Shown: positions 52,691 to 64,000 of the stretch, one piece after another
Layout of the letters: every line of letters starts with the position of its first letter
How positions within the stretch are numbered: the first letter of the stretch is position 1
NCBI RefSeq assembly: GCF_000181795.1
Contig: NW_003526941.1
Coordinates: 9,048,037 to 9,112,036, forward strand
Direction of reading: 5' to 3'
Length of the DNA stretch: 64,000 bases
DNA from: Trichinella spiralis
Lineage: Eukaryota
Program-made: the position numbers and the translations under genes
The notes under the pieces: generated by a model
Seen by the model: only the letters and a program-made list of their open reading frames with translations
Databases searched by the model: none
Told to the model about the DNA's origin: nothing

Positions 52691-55600
52691 AGTGATGATG
52701 AATTATGATTGAATGTCGTCGTCCACTTTTGCATCTGCCATTTGTACGCTTATGCATCAGAATTTAATTACATCATTGCTTGTGACGCGAATGTTTAATT
52801 AGAAAACAAATCAACTGTTAGCTTGTTGTTGCTGGATTTGAGGGTCTTTTTATTCAGCAGATTGTGGTTAAACAGTTCAACGTTCAGCAGTACAAATCAC
52901 TGTCATTAAGCTATTAATTCGCCGGCTTGTTTGCCACTTGCGGAGAAGCAAGCTTTTACAGATTTGCGCGTTTCGTCATTTTGTTACGTTGCGTTACAAG
53001 CAAGTTTGTTTATTCAGCATTGAATGGAATTTTGTAGTATTTTTTGTGGTATGCATATTTTGCATTGTTCGTGCAATTGCAGTTGCCTGAAATATTTGTC
53101 CAAGTGTTTTGATATTGTTCTCTCTTTTTCTCCAGTGTTTTACTATATACTACAATCGTTCTCGCATTCAATTGGTTACTGTAAAAAAACAGAAAGTAAA
53201 AGAAAATAAAGCGACACCAACTAACTGTAGATATGCTTCAGCGGAAATTTTTATTCGTATTTTTTTTATTCATCATTTCATCATTAGCATTGCTAATAAT
53301 GTGACCATTTATTCCATGTCTACAATGAAGCATGTGTACAGTTTTTACGTCATTATTTATGAAAAAATTCTTTTTCAATTATTGAAAAAGGCTTTGAAAT
53401 TTTTTTTGTTTACTATGCTTCGTAAATATAATTATCTGAACATTTTTTCTGTTAAATATTTTTCTATTTTATTTTTTTTAGTTAATGATGATAATAATTG
53501 TTGTGATTATTATTTGTGCATTATAAAATCAGAAAATGTTGCTTGATTGGAAAAGATTGCAATTAGCAAAAAAAATTACACCATAATCAAACTGCGGCTG
53601 TACATTTTTGATATTTCATGCCAGAATTTGTTGAGCAGTTTACTTGAAATTTTATTCAACAGTTGCAAATTGATCACAAAATTTCCCCACTTTTCAAAAG
53701 CTGATTTAATTTTAATATACCATTGTTTTTTTTTCCGGATCCATTATACTGATTGATCTATTTTTTCAGTGCATCCTTTTTTTATTTCATAAATTAGTTA
53801 TGTTAATCAGAGGATTAGTTTGTACCGGTTAGTAATGTGTTCTTAACAGCTGTTCATGTTAGCGTTATCCGTGTCTTGCATGAGCCATTATTCAGCTAAC
53901 TGACCAATTATCTCAGGAAATTATACAATTTAAATATGCAAGTATTTAAATATTTAAGTCCACAAATTTTGTCTTCTATCTTTCTTTTTTCTTAATAAAT
54001 GACTTCTCGTAAAATTGTATTATTTATTTACATTATTTTCAAATAAACGTCTGTTTTTGTTGCTGTTAATTATCAATAATAACTGAGAACGGTAATTGTT
54101 TTTTGAAGTTAAAAAATGCACGTTTGCAGAATTTTATTTTTCACCGTCACTTGTTTACTTTCTAAAATATGATCCGTGTTATTTGGCTAGGGTAGAATAA
54201 TTGCATCCAAATGTATCGTAATTTTTACGTTTGCATTTAACAGATATTGTTTTCTTTTGTGAAAAATTTGCACACAACCGTGATTTTGCAAAGAAAATAT
54301 CGTTGCTGAAGATTAAATTTGATTAAATTTGGGATGTAGGGGGGGGGAGGTGAGGGATGGGGAATTCTTCTCTAAAGTGCAAATGAATTATTTGTTTGAA
54401 ATGTAAAACAAAAAAAATAAGTAAATAAATAAGCATAAATATTTATGTATATACGCATATTTTTGTTTTGTTGTTGTTGAAAGTTTTCTAGGCAATAATT
54501 TGAAAACCATACCTGACATTTGTGTGCGATTTTGCGCAGTATGTTGCCTTGGGCTAATATGAAAGTGAAGATTTATGTGTAAGTGAAATTTAGTGATCAT
54601 AGTTCAAACTGTTTTGTCAGCTTTTGCAAAATTACTGGAATTTGGTTTTGTTTTTGTGGTGCAAGGTGGAAAATGGAAGGTCAAAAGATGAACATTTCTG
54701 TTGATCAGCGAAAAAATTCCATGATTTTATCACGTTGTAATTGATGATTTGGAAAACAATTATGAAAAATAACCCAATAACAATGAAAATTTTTCAAAAA
54801 TGGATAATATGTTTAATAGGCATTGGGTTTTGTAACTATATAAGTTCATCAATTTTCATGATATTAATTAACTTTTCTATTTTTCATTACTATATCATAC
54901 TGACTTTCACTTTCATTTATTCATTTCATCAAACTTTTTATACTGACCAACAGATGATGATAATAGCACATTTGAGAATATCAACCTGTGAGGTGTATTT
55001 CTTTTATAATTTAAAATTGCATAGGATAATTGTCAGTAGAATTGGTTTCAAAATTTGGAATTTTCAGTTGAAGAATGATTTCGAAAAATATTATTCAATC
55101 GTAAAATTAAAATGTCAACGTTTTAATGATGAATTGATCTAAAGATTTTACAATTCTTATTGACATTTCTAAAAGAACCTGTCTTAATTACTTTTAGTTA
55201 TTTATGCAAAGTTGTAATCTGTTGAAAATGCTGCACGTATTGGAAAAATGGCTTTGCAACAGCATTGAAAGAATGCTGTTTCATGTCGAGACAAATCTCA
55301 ACAATCTGCCGAATATAAAATACATATTTTCTTAATGAATGTCGTTTTCAAGCAAAGAAAAGTTCACATCAAGCACAACAGTGGCATAAAATCAATTTTT
55401 TTTCACCTTTGCAACAGTGCAATGTTTTGGTTACGGTATCATTAAAGAAATGCATGTTTGTATCGATAGTAATTTTTTGTCCAGCGACGTGTGGAAATTT
55501 GTTTTCCAAATTGGAAGTAATCGATATTTTTTCAAAGCGTTAATTTTGTTCAATGTTCCATTCTTACGTAATGATTGAATCGAAGAGAAAATTAGTGGAG

Positions 55601-56044
55601 AGTCAAAGTCGGGAAAAGAGGAAGCTGAGAGTTGGTTGATGGCTAATTTTCGATTTTCACTCGGCAACTCATTTGCTTTTGTTGCAAGCTTATTTTGCAA
55701 ATCCGGTTGGTCATTTTCCAGTTTAAACGTGTTCCATTTTTACAAAGTGTTCTTATAAGTGAATCGTTTGTGTTGTTGTTGTTGTTGCTGCTATTGCTAT
55801 TGCATTTGGTGTGCAACTAGTTGGTTACCCAGTCGTTTGTGCTTGACTAGTTTGGTTTGCTCGGGTCATCAAATAGGTCAGCAGAGAAAGCATTTTTCAC
55901 CGTCACCGTCATTGGCATTATTATTATGATTATTACTATCTTTGTTGCTATTATGTCATGGTGTAGCTGGACCGGCTGGTCAGTGGTCAGCTTGGGATAG
56001 AGTAGCAACTGCGACGACATTCATCAGCTAAACTGTCTTGCAAC

Positions 56045-59000
56045 ATGTTGCAGTACAACAACGGAACAACGGCACTTATTTTCGTCGAAAATGCCTACCC
56101 ATGTTCTGACCGAGGACTTTTGCTGCCGTTGATCGACGAAAGCCGATGGCCAACGGCTACACGAGCTTTTCTTTATCTGATCGGCTTGTTGTACTCTTTT
56201 GTGGGCGTGGCAATTTTGGCCGATTCGTTCATGTGCGCCGTCGAGCGCATCACCAGCACCAAGAGGACGTTGAAATTGCAGACCGCCATCGACGAAGAAA
56301 CTGGATCCGTTCTGGAACAGTACCAAGAAGTTTTAATTTGGAATCCAACCGTGGCCAATCTCACCCTGATGGCGTTGGGCAGCAGTGCACCGGAAATTCT
56401 CTTGTCCATCATTGAAATTATAGGTGAGCATTTCAGCAGCGTAGAATTGAACAAATTTTGTAATTTAATTTATCTTCATGATAAATACGAAATCAAATTT
56501 TCTATTTAAATTTATCGATCAGTTTTGCATGGCGTTGTCGTTTCATCATCTCATTCATTCACACAACAAGTAGAGATGATCATTTTAAACAGTGTAGCTG
56601 TTTCATGTGTATTTTGCACGGTGTTTTTTACATTCTCAGCTAACGAGAACAAAAAAAACAAAAATTAATTTCATTTTAATATATTCATACATTCCGTTAG
56701 ATTGTTGACAAATTTGTAATTAAAATATTCTGTTTTGTCTTTCTGTAAAACTAGTTAGTTCTTAGATGATCAAGTTGTACATATTAATTATGACAAGTGT
56801 TGGTCGCGCAATTATTACCGAAGGATACATATAATGAATATAACATTCTTACTGGCAGAGCAATGTACTTTTATTAATTGTGTAAATTTTTTCAATGAAA
56901 GTTTGTTTCATGATAATAGAAGCGTCAGTTAATTTGTTGTATACATTTCAATTCAAGTCATTTTGTTAACTTTTTCATTCAAACAATACAATACAATACA
57001 ATAGTAATGTTAATTCAATAATTCACCTTTGTTTTGATGCAGTGCTTATTGTCACTTTCAGGCAATGGATTTAAAGCCGGCGATCTTGGTCCTGGAACCA
57101 TAGTCGGCTCGGCTGCGTTCAACTTGTTCATCATAACGGCCGTTTGTATTCTGTCGGTCGGATGTAATTCGAAAAAGCGTATCGAAGATTTCCAAGTGTT
57201 CTGCGTCACCACCGGCTGGAGTGTGTTCGCCTACATCTGGTTGATTATTGTTCTGGTGCTGGTATCGCCGAACCGAATCGAAGTGTGGGAAGGCCTGTTG
57301 ACGTTGTTGTTTTTCGGCGCGTTGCTTTTGCACGCCTATCTGGTCAGCAAGAAACTCTGCTCCGGGGGGCGTGGTCGGGGCCGCCCGACCACGGAACGAG
57401 ACCGCACGCCGAAAGCGTTGCGTGAGTTGAACCGACGGAGCTGGACCGGACCCGCGCTCAACGGCAAGGAAAAACTGTTGGACGTGGTCGAGCAGAACAG
57501 GGTCGACAGATTGTCCCGTGAACTGCGACGCAAATATCCGCACTTGACCGACGACAGTCTGGCTGAGGTGGTGGCCAAGCAGATCGAGAAAGAAGCGCCC
57601 CACGATCATCTCTGGTACAGGATAATGGCCGTGCGTAGACTTGCTTCGTCTATGCGTAGCCGTGTGCGAGCGAAGCCGGTCAGCGAGCAAGTCTGCCAAA
57701 AATTGGAGACCCTCTCCAGGACAGGCATGCTTCGACGAACGCAAACTGAAACTGGTGAGCTGTAGTAGTAGTAGTAGTAGTAGTTTTGTCATTCACATAT
57801 ATCCCAAGCAACATTATTCATATAATAATAAATTTGTGATGGTTTTAAAAGGTGTTCGATCAGTAACGAATGTGGAATTTGCCGCCAACGCATACGCCGT
57901 CGATCCAACCGGTGAGAGGAGGGTACGTTTGAAAGTGGTGCGCCGGGGTTCAGCTCGCAAGCAGTTGGTTTTCAACTATCGAACCATGAGCGGCTCTGCT
58001 GTACAAGATGTGCATTTCTTGAAAAAATCCGAAACGGTCGTTTTCGCCCCACAAGAGCGCGAAAAAACCATCCGCATTGAAGTGTGCAATCCAGCCCAGT
58101 GGCGCCCGGGTATCACATTTTGGGTAAAGCTGGAACTGATCCCCGGAGACAAGGACGATCGAATTACTCTTGGTCTAGCCAGCGCGGCTAAGATAATTTA
58201 TCCCAAAGCTGCCGTCGGCGAAAGTGTGGAATTTGCCATTTCAGATTTGCGTGTGGGCGAAAATGAAGGCTTTGCCAGGATACCAATTTCACGCCGTGCA
58301 TCGCTGTCGACGGATCCACGTTCCGTTTTTGTAATGACGACGATGTTTGTTTGTTTATTTCACACTGATCGGTGGTTTGCTTTGTTCGCAGAGCTCAGCT
58401 TCTGTCGAATGGAAAACAGAAAATGGCACAGCTAAACAAGGCGAAGATTTTGTCGGCGAAAAAGGCGAACTGATCCTGGAGCCGGGCGTTGTGGAAGCTT
58501 ACATCGACATTCCCATTGTTAACGATTATGAACCGGAAAAAGACGAAACGTTCACTGTCAAACTGTTACCAGGTAAAGCTTCTCTCGGCGCTTGTCAATC
58601 CATCGTGGTTACCATTGTCAACGATGACAACATTTCTCGGTAATTTTTTGAAATTGTTGAACTTGAATTTTATTTATAAAAAAGGACTTACTGTAACTGT
58701 AGATATTATGCGAAATTTGAGGAGAAAGTTCGTCAGTCGTTGTTGACATGCAAGTTGGAAAGTTCCACTTGGAAGGAGCAATTTTTGAAGGCGGTGAGCG
58801 TGAACGGCGGCGAAACGTCGGACGCTTCGATGGTCGACTGTTTCGCACACATCATCGCGTTCCCGTGGAAAGTGATCGCCGCCTTCGTTCCACCGACGAC
58901 AATTTTCGGCGGCTGGTTAGCTTTCATCGTCGCACTAGCGTTAATCGGCTTATTGACAGCTATAATTGGTGATCTGGCGGCAATATTTGGTTGTTTAGTT

Positions 59001-59512
59001 GGTTTGAAAGATTCAGTGACTGCGATCACTTTTGTCGCCCTTGGCACCAGTTTGCCGGATACGTTTGCCAGTAGACTTGCTGCATTGCAGGTACTTTATG
59101 AAAAGAAATGTCTTTTTTTGTGAAAACAAATAGACAAATAAACAATGTGTGTCTGTTTAAGGATAAAACCGCTGACAACGCGATAGGGAATATAAATGGA
59201 AGCAATTCGGTGAATGTGTTTCTCGGACTCGGCTTGCCTTGGTTCATTGCTTCGGTTTATTGGGCTGCCCGTGGTGAAGCGTTCGTGGTTCACAGCGGTG
59301 ATGTCGGCTTTTCGGTTACCATCTACACCGTGTTGTCGTTAATTTGCATTGTGATGATGATGCTCAGGCGTTTCTTGCCAGCGCTGGGCGAAGCAGAGCT
59401 CGGCGGTCCGACAATACCCAAGTGGATATGCAGCGTGACGTTGATATTGTTCTGGTTTCTCTACATCCTACTGTCAGCATTGCAAGCATACGGTCATATA
59501 TCATCTTTTTGA
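56045..59512 (+). CDS. Na+/Ca2+ exchanger (NCX/SLC8 family) with two Calx-beta domains, multi-exon; true start uncertain
   Basis: Alpha-1 repeat [23 protein letters not shown] and [15 protein letters not shown]; Calx-beta segments ([32 protein letters not shown]); alpha-2 repeat [13 protein letters not shown] and [15 protein letters not shown]. Confidence 0.96.
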
Positions 59513-59933
59513 ATATTTTATTTTTTACATATCAAGGTAATTAATTGATTAATTGGCTCGTGAATTGTTGGCATTTTTGTTGCGCGAACTGTGACCAACT
59601 ACGATATTGGTTGGTTGCAGTTGATGTTTGCAAAATTTTCAATCTTTTCGCACTTCTTGCAGTGATTCTGAGCAAAACTTATAATTTTACCTAATAACTG
59701 TCCCGAAAATGAAACTTTAATTAGTTTTTTTTTATTTTTAAATTCATATGCATTTTTAGTTTTTATCATTTTGAGTTGATTGATGGAACATGTGAAGAAG
59801 AATTTATGTTCTTTCTCACATTCAATTATATATACATATATTTATATATTTATTTATTATTCTCAACTTGCTTTTTGAGTGGAATGCTCAGCTAAATATA
59901 GAATTGTCTGCCAGAACTATTTAATAACTTGTC

Positions 59934-59960
59934 ATGATGATGATGATGATGATGATGATG
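59934..59960. repeat. (ATG)n microsatellite
   Basis: About 9 tandem ATG units read directly from the sequence. Confidence 0.9.
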
Positions 59961-61838
59961 GAAAAGTTGAATGTGCCATCATTATGTACTGTTTTATGAA
60001 GAAGATTAAAATATATATGCACATATACATAAATATATTATTGATTGATGATCCATTTCAAACAGTTATTCTGTTTGATGGTGATGGTCATGACGGTTCA
60101 GTTTAGTTGATTAGTTAATAATTAGTTATTTGATGAGTTCGCCTTGTGAGAAAATATTTACGATAATAAAAAATAATAAAAAGGAAATTTCACCACTTCT
60201 CCATTTGTAATTACAAGTATCAGAATTTAGATTTACCGTGAGCTGATGATGTAAATTTGCCTGTCATGCATCTTGATATTTCACCGTGATCGATATTTTT
60301 AAACGAAAAGTAAATAGTTATGTGAATATGGCTAATAAAAAAATTTTATTTTGCATTTTTTATAATTTAGCGTTTTCAAAATATTTAAGTCGTGTGCCTG
60401 TAGTCGCAGTAAAAAATCAACACCGTCTGTCGATGATGTAGATGAAACAAATAGAAGTTGATCTGTCGCCAAACACAGTAAGTACGTTTGATAATTTATT
60501 TCATTTTTTTCTGTGATTTTTTATTGTTTTTCTTTATGAATTTGATGCAGTTGATAAAACTGATGTAGGTCTTTTTATATACTAGTATTCTTGTTATTTA
60601 TGGAGTAGCAATTTTTCTAATTTTCAATGTTAAAAACTGGTTTGTTTGTTTTTAATCGTTGAATTTTGAAATTGAATCTTGCACATCAATGATTTTTGAT
60701 GTCAACAAATTTAGATTGAGTTTTTGCATTTTACATACAAGAAGGTTTACTGTAAAGTTGTCTTTTGTTTGTTTTCTACACGAAAGAATATACTTTTGAT
60801 GATTTTTGATGATAATAATTTGTTTCAATTTGGGATGCATCAGATAGCGGCTGCGCAATTTTCAAACAATTTGAATTTCTGGGAAGTGGTATACTAATTT
60901 GTCAATATTCACCTGAACAATTTTGCTTGATCAATTTGCAACAAGCTTGGCCGATTGTTCGTGATTTACGGCTGTGGGAAAGCCACGCTTTTCAGTGCTG
61001 TCGTTGCATTTGCAAAGTACTGCGTGATTCTTTTCCAATGAATGTATCCGATGAAAAAGGTGGCATGTGAAAGTTCCTTCAATGCACTTCAAAGACATGC
61101 CCAGATTGCAGATTACCACAAAGCGACACAATTTGTTGATTTGTCGACCATTCACAGTCTGGACATCTTATTTGCACGTAAGTCATTCGATTCAATTATT
61201 AATTATTTGCCGATTATAAATTAACCACCCGTTCAACAACTAATATGCAAAATTTAAATAATGGAAAGCATATTTTAAAAAAATTAATACAACATAAAAT
61301 GGGCATAAATCGAAAAATTGTTCCCTTCTTTCTTCACTTAAATAATGAATAGGTCATCATTTTATTCCTGTTAATAAATGGTAAATTTAAATAATCAACA
61401 TTGTTCAGTTACTGTTTTTCACGTGTGGATTAGCTGAATAGTTGTTGGTTCCTCACTTGTTTTTCTTCTTTTTGCATAGCTCATTAGCATGCAATGATTT
61501 GTACTGATTTTTCTTCATGCAGGAAAGAATATTGTTGGTGAAAGTTTGTCCAGTCAAAGAAATATGCTAATTGAATTTTATTTTTAAACAACGAGCATTA
61601 TTATTATTTGAAGTGCTTCATTTGAGAACTGGTCGATCTTTTACTTCAATGCTTTTCTGACAATGACAGAAAAAATAAATAGAATTGAAAAAAAGGAAAA
61701 GAAGAATATTTTTCCTCGGACATGCTTTTCAGTAAATAATAAACTGGAACAGACGAGCTAGATATTCTCAGTGTGTATTTGTACAGTTGGAGATTATTTT
61801 GCAATTCTTTTACGCTTTTACGAGTTCTCAGCTGAAAA

Positions 61839-63944
61839 ATGATGCTATACACCGGGAGGAATGGGAAAAGTAAAATTCTGCTTTGCACGTTCGTGAACGC
61901 CGTTTACGCTTCAATCGTGTCGTTGGTGTTTTCACGACAGCTCATCCCGAGGGCCGATCTACTCAGCCATGCCGACTACAGTGGAGTTTCAACTGATGCG
62001 CAGGTTCGTTGGATCGGTCACATTGTCGTGAGGAACAGAAATTGTTCGTTGATTGTTCAAAAATTGCCCGACCAAGTCGACGAGCCGCTCCGGCCAGGAT
62101 TTGAATTTAAACTTTTCGACGCCTTCGAAGATTACAGGTGGACCTTGGACGGTCGGGGGATTGTTGTCCAGCATCAGTTGCTGTCAGAGCCGGACAAACA
62201 GTACCGTCAGTTGACGATGTTGGATCTGCAATCTCCAATATCTGCCAGTCGCAGCCGGAAATTGTGCGTATTCAAAGCTTGGCGTTTGCAAATAGTTCGT
62301 TTCTGCTATCGCGACAACTTGCAGCAGTTGTTGGTGTTTGTCAACCAAAGAGGGCGTCAACTGCAGGATGCGTATTTGGTGGACTTGCGCAACGGCGACA
62401 AGCGGCTGTTGTACAAAAATGATAAATATATTCTTTTGAGTTTCGATTTCAACTGCACGCTGAGGTTAGGGTTGACAGAAAATAAAAATGGCATACAAGA
62501 AGTTTACACCAAGAACGCCAGCTCTGCTTTTCAGCTTCACAAAACGTTCACCGCTGACACGAGCGTCGGTTCGCGACTGATCAGCATCGACAAAGACGGC
62601 TCTACAATTTATTGGATCAGCAATGAGCATGAAGACAAAGGGTCGCTTGTAGCTGAAGATGCGATCACCGGTTTTCAGCATGTGATTCAGCGGCCGAAGC
62701 GAGCTGACATCTCCTACGTCTATATTGACTTTCTCACTGGCGAACCGTTGCTAGCTGGAGAAGAATATTTCTACCCGGAAATAACGTATGTGCATGAAAA
62801 ATTGGCCGCTCATTATTCTTTCCTGAAAGAGCGATTTCCGGACGCCACAATATATCCACTGAGGATTTCTGCCGATTTCAGTCGTTGGTATTTCACTGTT
62901 GTCAGTGATCGCGAACCTGGCACTTATTATTTGTACTGGAATGCCGGTGACCGACGCAGATTGCTCTTTCTGTTCTACAGTAATCGAAAAGTGCGGAAAT
63001 ACAAGATGCAACCAAAACGCGCCGTGGAAGTGGTCACTCGAGACGGTCTGGTACAAGTTTGCTATTTGACTTGTCCAGCGGATCGGTTCTCAACCCCCTA
63101 CCCGCTGGTGGCCGACGTGCACGGAGGACCGCATGCTAGGAATTATTGGGAATTCGATTCGACTGTACAATTGCACGTCGATCGAGGCTATGCAATTTTG
63201 CAGTGCAATTTTCGAGGTTCAACCGGATACGGCAAAGCATTTCTCAGAGCTGGATTTGGCCAGTGGGGAGGTACGATGCAGAATGACGTGATTGACGCCA
63301 TCGATTGGTCAGTGAGTGCGGGCATTGCTGATCCGGCACGTCTGGCCATTTCCGGTGTCAGCTACGGCGGCTATGCAGCTCTGATGGCCACGGTGCAGAC
63401 GCCGGACATGTTCCAGTGTGCGGTCGACTCATTCGGACCTTCGAATCTGGTGACCCTCTACCAATCCATGCCACGCGAGTGGAAGCCGACCAAAGCATCG
63501 TACGCCATTCGACTCGGCGCCACGGCAAATACCGAAGCAGAAATGCGGTGGTTGTTCAATCGTTCTCCAATTGCGTACAAAGATCGCATCAAAACGCCGC
63601 TGCTCATCATCCAAGGCATGGACGATCTGGTGGTTCCGGTCAAGGAATCGGACCAAATTGTCGAAGCGTTGGCCGGATCCGGACTGACGCTCATATATGC
63701 CATATTTATGGACGAAGCTCACGGGCTCCATTACGTACCGAATGTGCTACTTCAGTACAGTCTGGTTGAACGTTTTCTGCAGCTTTACTTGCACGGTGAA
63801 TCGGAAACAGTGGCCACGATCCCGAAAGGCTGCACTGCCATGCTTGAAGCCTATCCAGAATGGAATGTCAGTTTTGTGGAGCTGTTTTCCAATCATTCTG
63901 AGCGATATTTTAGGGAACGAAACGAAATTTACGAACAATTTTAA
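61839..63944 (+). CDS. Family S9 serine peptidase (dipeptidyl aminopeptidase/acylaminoacyl peptidase, DPF-6-like), intronless, 701 aa
   Basis: VHGGP, NFRGSTGYGKAF...GQWGGTMQND, nucleophile GVSYGGY, Asp in QGMDDLVV, His in DEAHG; N-terminal hydrophobic stretch followed by LIPR. Confidence 0.93.
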   Translation: MMLYTGRNGKSKILLCTFVNAVYASIVSLVFSRQLIPRADLLSHADYSGVSTDAQVRWIGHIVVRNRNCSLIVQKLPDQVDEPLRPGFEFKLFDAFEDYRWTLDGRGIVVQHQLLSEPDKQYRQLTMLDLQSPISASRSRKLCVFKAWRLQIVRFCYRDNLQQLLVFVNQRGRQLQDAYLVDLRNGDKRLLYKNDKYILLSFDFNCTLRLGLTENKNGIQEVYTKNASSAFQLHKTFTADTSVGSRLISIDKDGSTIYWISNEHEDKGSLVAEDAITGFQHVIQRPKRADISYVYIDFLTGEPLLAGEEYFYPEITYVHEKLAAHYSFLKERFPDATIYPLRISADFSRWYFTVVSDREPGTYYLYWNAGDRRRLLFLFYSNRKVRKYKMQPKRAVEVVTRDGLVQVCYLTCPADRFSTPYPLVADVHGGPHARNYWEFDSTVQLHVDRGYAILQCNFRGSTGYGKAFLRAGFGQWGGTMQNDVIDAIDWSVSAGIADPARLAISGVSYGGYAALMATVQTPDMFQCAVDSFGPSNLVTLYQSMPREWKPTKASYAIRLGATANTEAEMRWLFNRSPIAYKDRIKTPLLIIQGMDDLVVPVKESDQIVEALAGSGLTLIYAIFMDEAHGLHYVPNVLLQYSLVERFLQLYLHGESETVATIPKGCTAMLEAYPEWNVSFVELFSNHSERYFRERNEIYEQF

Positions 63945-64000
63945 TCGCGTAAAATATTTCTATTCAAATTTCCACTTTTGCATCACTATTGTAGAGGGAA

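Noticed and set aside
52700..55950. F/I/L/K-rich ORFs of 60-145 aa between the NUDT9-like and NCX genes
   Set aside because: Composition is typical of random AT-rich sequence; more likely regulatory or intronic DNA.
57058..57792. 244-aa antisense ORF over the NCX exon
   Set aside because: Coextensive with the sense exon, with no independent evidence.
1..64000. CRISPR arrays, tRNA/rRNA genes, intact transposons, U12-type introns
   Set aside because: None seen by eye: no repeat-spacer arrays, transposase or RT motifs, or RTATCCTT donors at the exon boundaries I examined. Not excluded without a computational scan.

Overview
Eukaryotic, AT-rich, gene-dense genomic DNA with short GT-AG introns and many TTTCAG/TTTAG acceptors. 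This is most consistent with a nematode; the composition suggests a Trichinella-like clade I species, which is inference. About 19 protein-coding genes are recognisable. Minus strand: ENKD1-like, innexin, WDR82-like, RPS12, H2A.Z, THUMPD3-like. Then MECR (+), DDX24 (-) and a SAEG-1/TRERF1-type ELM2-SANT-zinc finger gene (+). A very compact minus-strand cluster follows, transcribed BRK1 > NDUFA6 > COQ3 > MRPS31 > SCFD1. After it come RPL10A (+, with two intronic box C/D RNA candidates), NAE1 (+), a NUDT9-like gene with a degenerate Nudix box (-), a Na+/Ca2+ exchanger (+) and an intronless S9 peptidase (+). The most striking signal is the BRK1-NDUFA6-COQ3 trio: the stop-to-start gaps are +2 nt and -1 nt (TAATG overlap). 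That leaves no room for a normal nematode intercistronic region, and splice-acceptor-like sites for the downstream genes lie inside the upstream genes. Gene models were assembled by eye, so some exon boundaries are approximate.
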